Notes under the pieces: model-generated
Told to the model about the DNA's origin: nothing
Database searches by the model: none
The model's input: only the letters and a program-made list of their open reading frames with translations
Part shown: positions 61,964 through 64,000 of the stretch, in pieces
Layout of the letters: each line of letters opens with the position of its first letter
Numbering within the stretch: position 1 is the first letter of the stretch
Translations under genes and position numbers: made by a program
NCBI RefSeq assembly: GCF_964213995.1
Contig: NC_135820.1
Span: 620,001 to 684,000, forward strand
Reading direction: 5' to 3'
Length of the DNA: 64,000 bases
From: Mustelus asterias
Lineage: Eukaryota

Positions 61964-62760
61964 CTGGCGAGAGAAATATCGACATTTAACACAGGGAGCT
62001 GAATATCAACACCCTTTTCAAATTTTCTAGCACGGTGTGAATGGACAGGAAGTGGGATGCTGAACAGCCTGTCTATTCTCGGAGCTTCTATGTTGTTTTC
62101 GTGGAACATTCTGACCAAAATTAGCAAAAGGCAGATAGTCTGAGCCAAGGCTATCAGAGGCGCAGCATCAGATTTCATCCCCAGTTTTTATCCCAGTCTC
62201 TCTACTCCACTGTTACTTGCTCATCTCCATTGGTTGCAGGCTCAGAAATGCCTCGTATTTAAAATTCTCATCCTCAATTTCCAAACCCTACATCAATCCC
62301 CACTCGATTTCCTATCTCTGTAACCTCCTCCAGCCCCGACAACGCTCGCTGTCTCTGTGACCTCCTCCCACCCCTACAACCCTTCCTATCTCAGTACCTC
62401 CTCCAGTCCGAACAACACTCCCTATCTGTGTAACCTCCTCCAGTGCCGACAATCCTCCCTATCTCTGTAACCTCCTCCAGCCCCCATAACACTCCCTATC
62501 TCTGTAACCTCCTCCAGCTCCTACACCTCTCCCTATCTCTGTAACCTCCTCCAGCCCACACATCCCTCCTATCTCTGTAACCTCCCATCAGACGGGGAGT
62601 CAGTGTATATCAGTGAGCACAGGGGTGATGGGTGAATGGGACTTGGTGAGAGTTTGTACACTGGGTCACTGCTGAATTGGCTCCCAATCAGAGCTCAATA
62701 AGAATGATCTTTTACAAAGACTATTAACCATAAATCTGTCCAAGCTGGCGATGATATTAC

Positions 62761-62800
62761 CTTGGAGAAGAGACAGGAAGAAGTAAGATTTCCCGATCAT
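62761..62800 (-). CDS. Siglec-like gene C, signal-peptide exon (exon 62761-62842)
   Basis: MIGKSYFFLSLLQ, G|gtaata. Confidence 0.88.
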
Positions 62801-63304
62801 TGTCCACTCCCAAATATTTCACCAGCTTCTCCCTCTCAAGCTCTGAAAGAGAAAGGAGTTAATGAGACCTCACCCTTGTCCGACAGCTGTCAAGTGATCA
62901 GAACTGCTTTTAGACAATGTCTTCACAGCCTTGTGGTCTGATTTGCCACACTTTGACAAATCAGACCACAAGGCTGTGCTCCTGCTCCCGGCTTACAAAC
63001 AAAAATTGAAGCGGGAGAATCCATCAAAGAGAGTCGTGCAATGTTGGGCTGAGGAATCGGATGATCTCCTACGGGGCTGCTTGGAGTCAGTGGACTGGTC
63101 AGTGTTTAAAAACTCTGCGACCAGCCTGAACGAGTACGCCACTACAGTAACTGACTTCATTAGTAAGTGTGCAGAAGACTGTGTGTCAAAGAAGCAAATC
63201 CACGTGTTTCCCAACCCGAAACCATGGATGACCAGGGATACCCACTGCTTGCTGAAGTCCAGGTCTGAGACATTCAAGTCAGGCAACACTGACCGACACA
63301 AGAA

Positions 63305-63555
63305 AGTAAGAAGTCTCACAACACCAGGTTAAAGTCCAACAGGTTTATTTGGTAGCAAATACCATAAGCTTTCGGAGCGCTGCCCCTTCGTCAGATGGAG
63401 TGAAAATCGACAGATTTTCACTCCATCTGACGAAGGGGCAGCGCTCCGAAAGCTTATGGTATTTGCTACCAAATAAACCTGTTGGACTTTAACCTGGTGT
63501 TGTGAGACTTCTTACTGTGCTTACCCCAGTCCAACGCCGGCATCTCCACATCATG
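63305..63555. mobile_element. Penelope terminal-repeat hairpin insertion (104-bp perfect arms, 4-nt spacer) within Rex1
   Basis: 63305-63408 is the exact reverse complement of 63413-63516; 3' end matches the 38342-38430 Penelope end; flanked by imperfect GAC..ACAAGAAA duplication. Confidence 0.85.
63423..63459 (+). ncRNA. Minimal hammerhead ribozyme motif (mirror copy 63362-63398, minus)
   Basis: CCAT-CTGACGA-A-GGGGC(AGC)GCTCC-GAAA-GCTT-ATGG. Confidence 0.65.
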
Positions 63556-64000
63556 ACTATACAAGAAAGCCAGATACGATCTAAGGAGATCCATCAAAGA
63601 TGCCAAAAGACAATACTGGACCAAGCTAGAGTCCCAGGCTAGCCACACAGACCCCCGCCGACTATGGCAAGGTCTGCAAGACATAACAGGCTACAAGATG
63701 AAGGCATGTAAAATCGTCAACTCCAATGCACCCCTCCCTGATGAACTCAATGCATTCGACGCCCATTTTGAGCAAGAGGTCAGTGGGAGTATACCCTCCA
63801 CCTTGGAAGCACTGCATGAACCTGTATCTAGAGTCACCACTGCAGATGTCAGAGCAGCTCTCTCGAAGGTCAACTCACGGAAAGCGACTGGCCCGGATGG
63901 GGTACCCGGACGTGCACTCAGATCCTGCGCGGATCAGCTGGCGGGGGTATTCACAGACATCTTCAACCTCTCTTTACAACAATCTGAGGTCCCTATCTGC

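Larger units (their letters stand above)
62930..64000 (+). mobile_element. Rex1/Babar LINE fragment (continues past window)
   Basis: FDKSDHKAVLLLPAYKQKLKRE...FPNPKPWM; near-identical family to 24425-26890. Confidence 0.88.

Overview
AT/GC-balanced, repeat-rich vertebrate genomic DNA. The repeat inventory (HE1/V-SINE-like and DeuSINE-like SINEs, CR1, Rex1 and L2 LINEs, Gypsy, Penelope-like elements) points to a cartilaginous fish (shark). The window holds a tandem cluster of three minus-strand Siglec-like (CD33-related/MAG/CD22-like) Ig receptor genes, assembled here by hand from GT-AG splice sites. Gene C (62800->48450) splices in frame to a 539-aa protein: signal peptide-V-V-C2-C2-TM-tail with ITIM (LLYANI) and ITSM-like (TEYAQL) motifs, and both V-set domains keep the sialic-acid-binding Arg. 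Gene B (40479->~27387) is a pseudogene with two broken V exons, no C2 exons and a candidate Arg-containing (activating-type) TM exon. Gene A (22133->off the left edge) is leader-V-C2-C2-C2-C2..., lengthened by a recent intragenic duplication. Other notable items are a structured U2-snRNA-headed insertion, head-to-head Penelope-like elements carrying minimal hammerhead motifs, a 33-bp SINE-derived minisatellite, and local inversions/templated insertions. Exon coordinates were counted by hand; TE boundaries are approximate and family names come from recognition, not database search.
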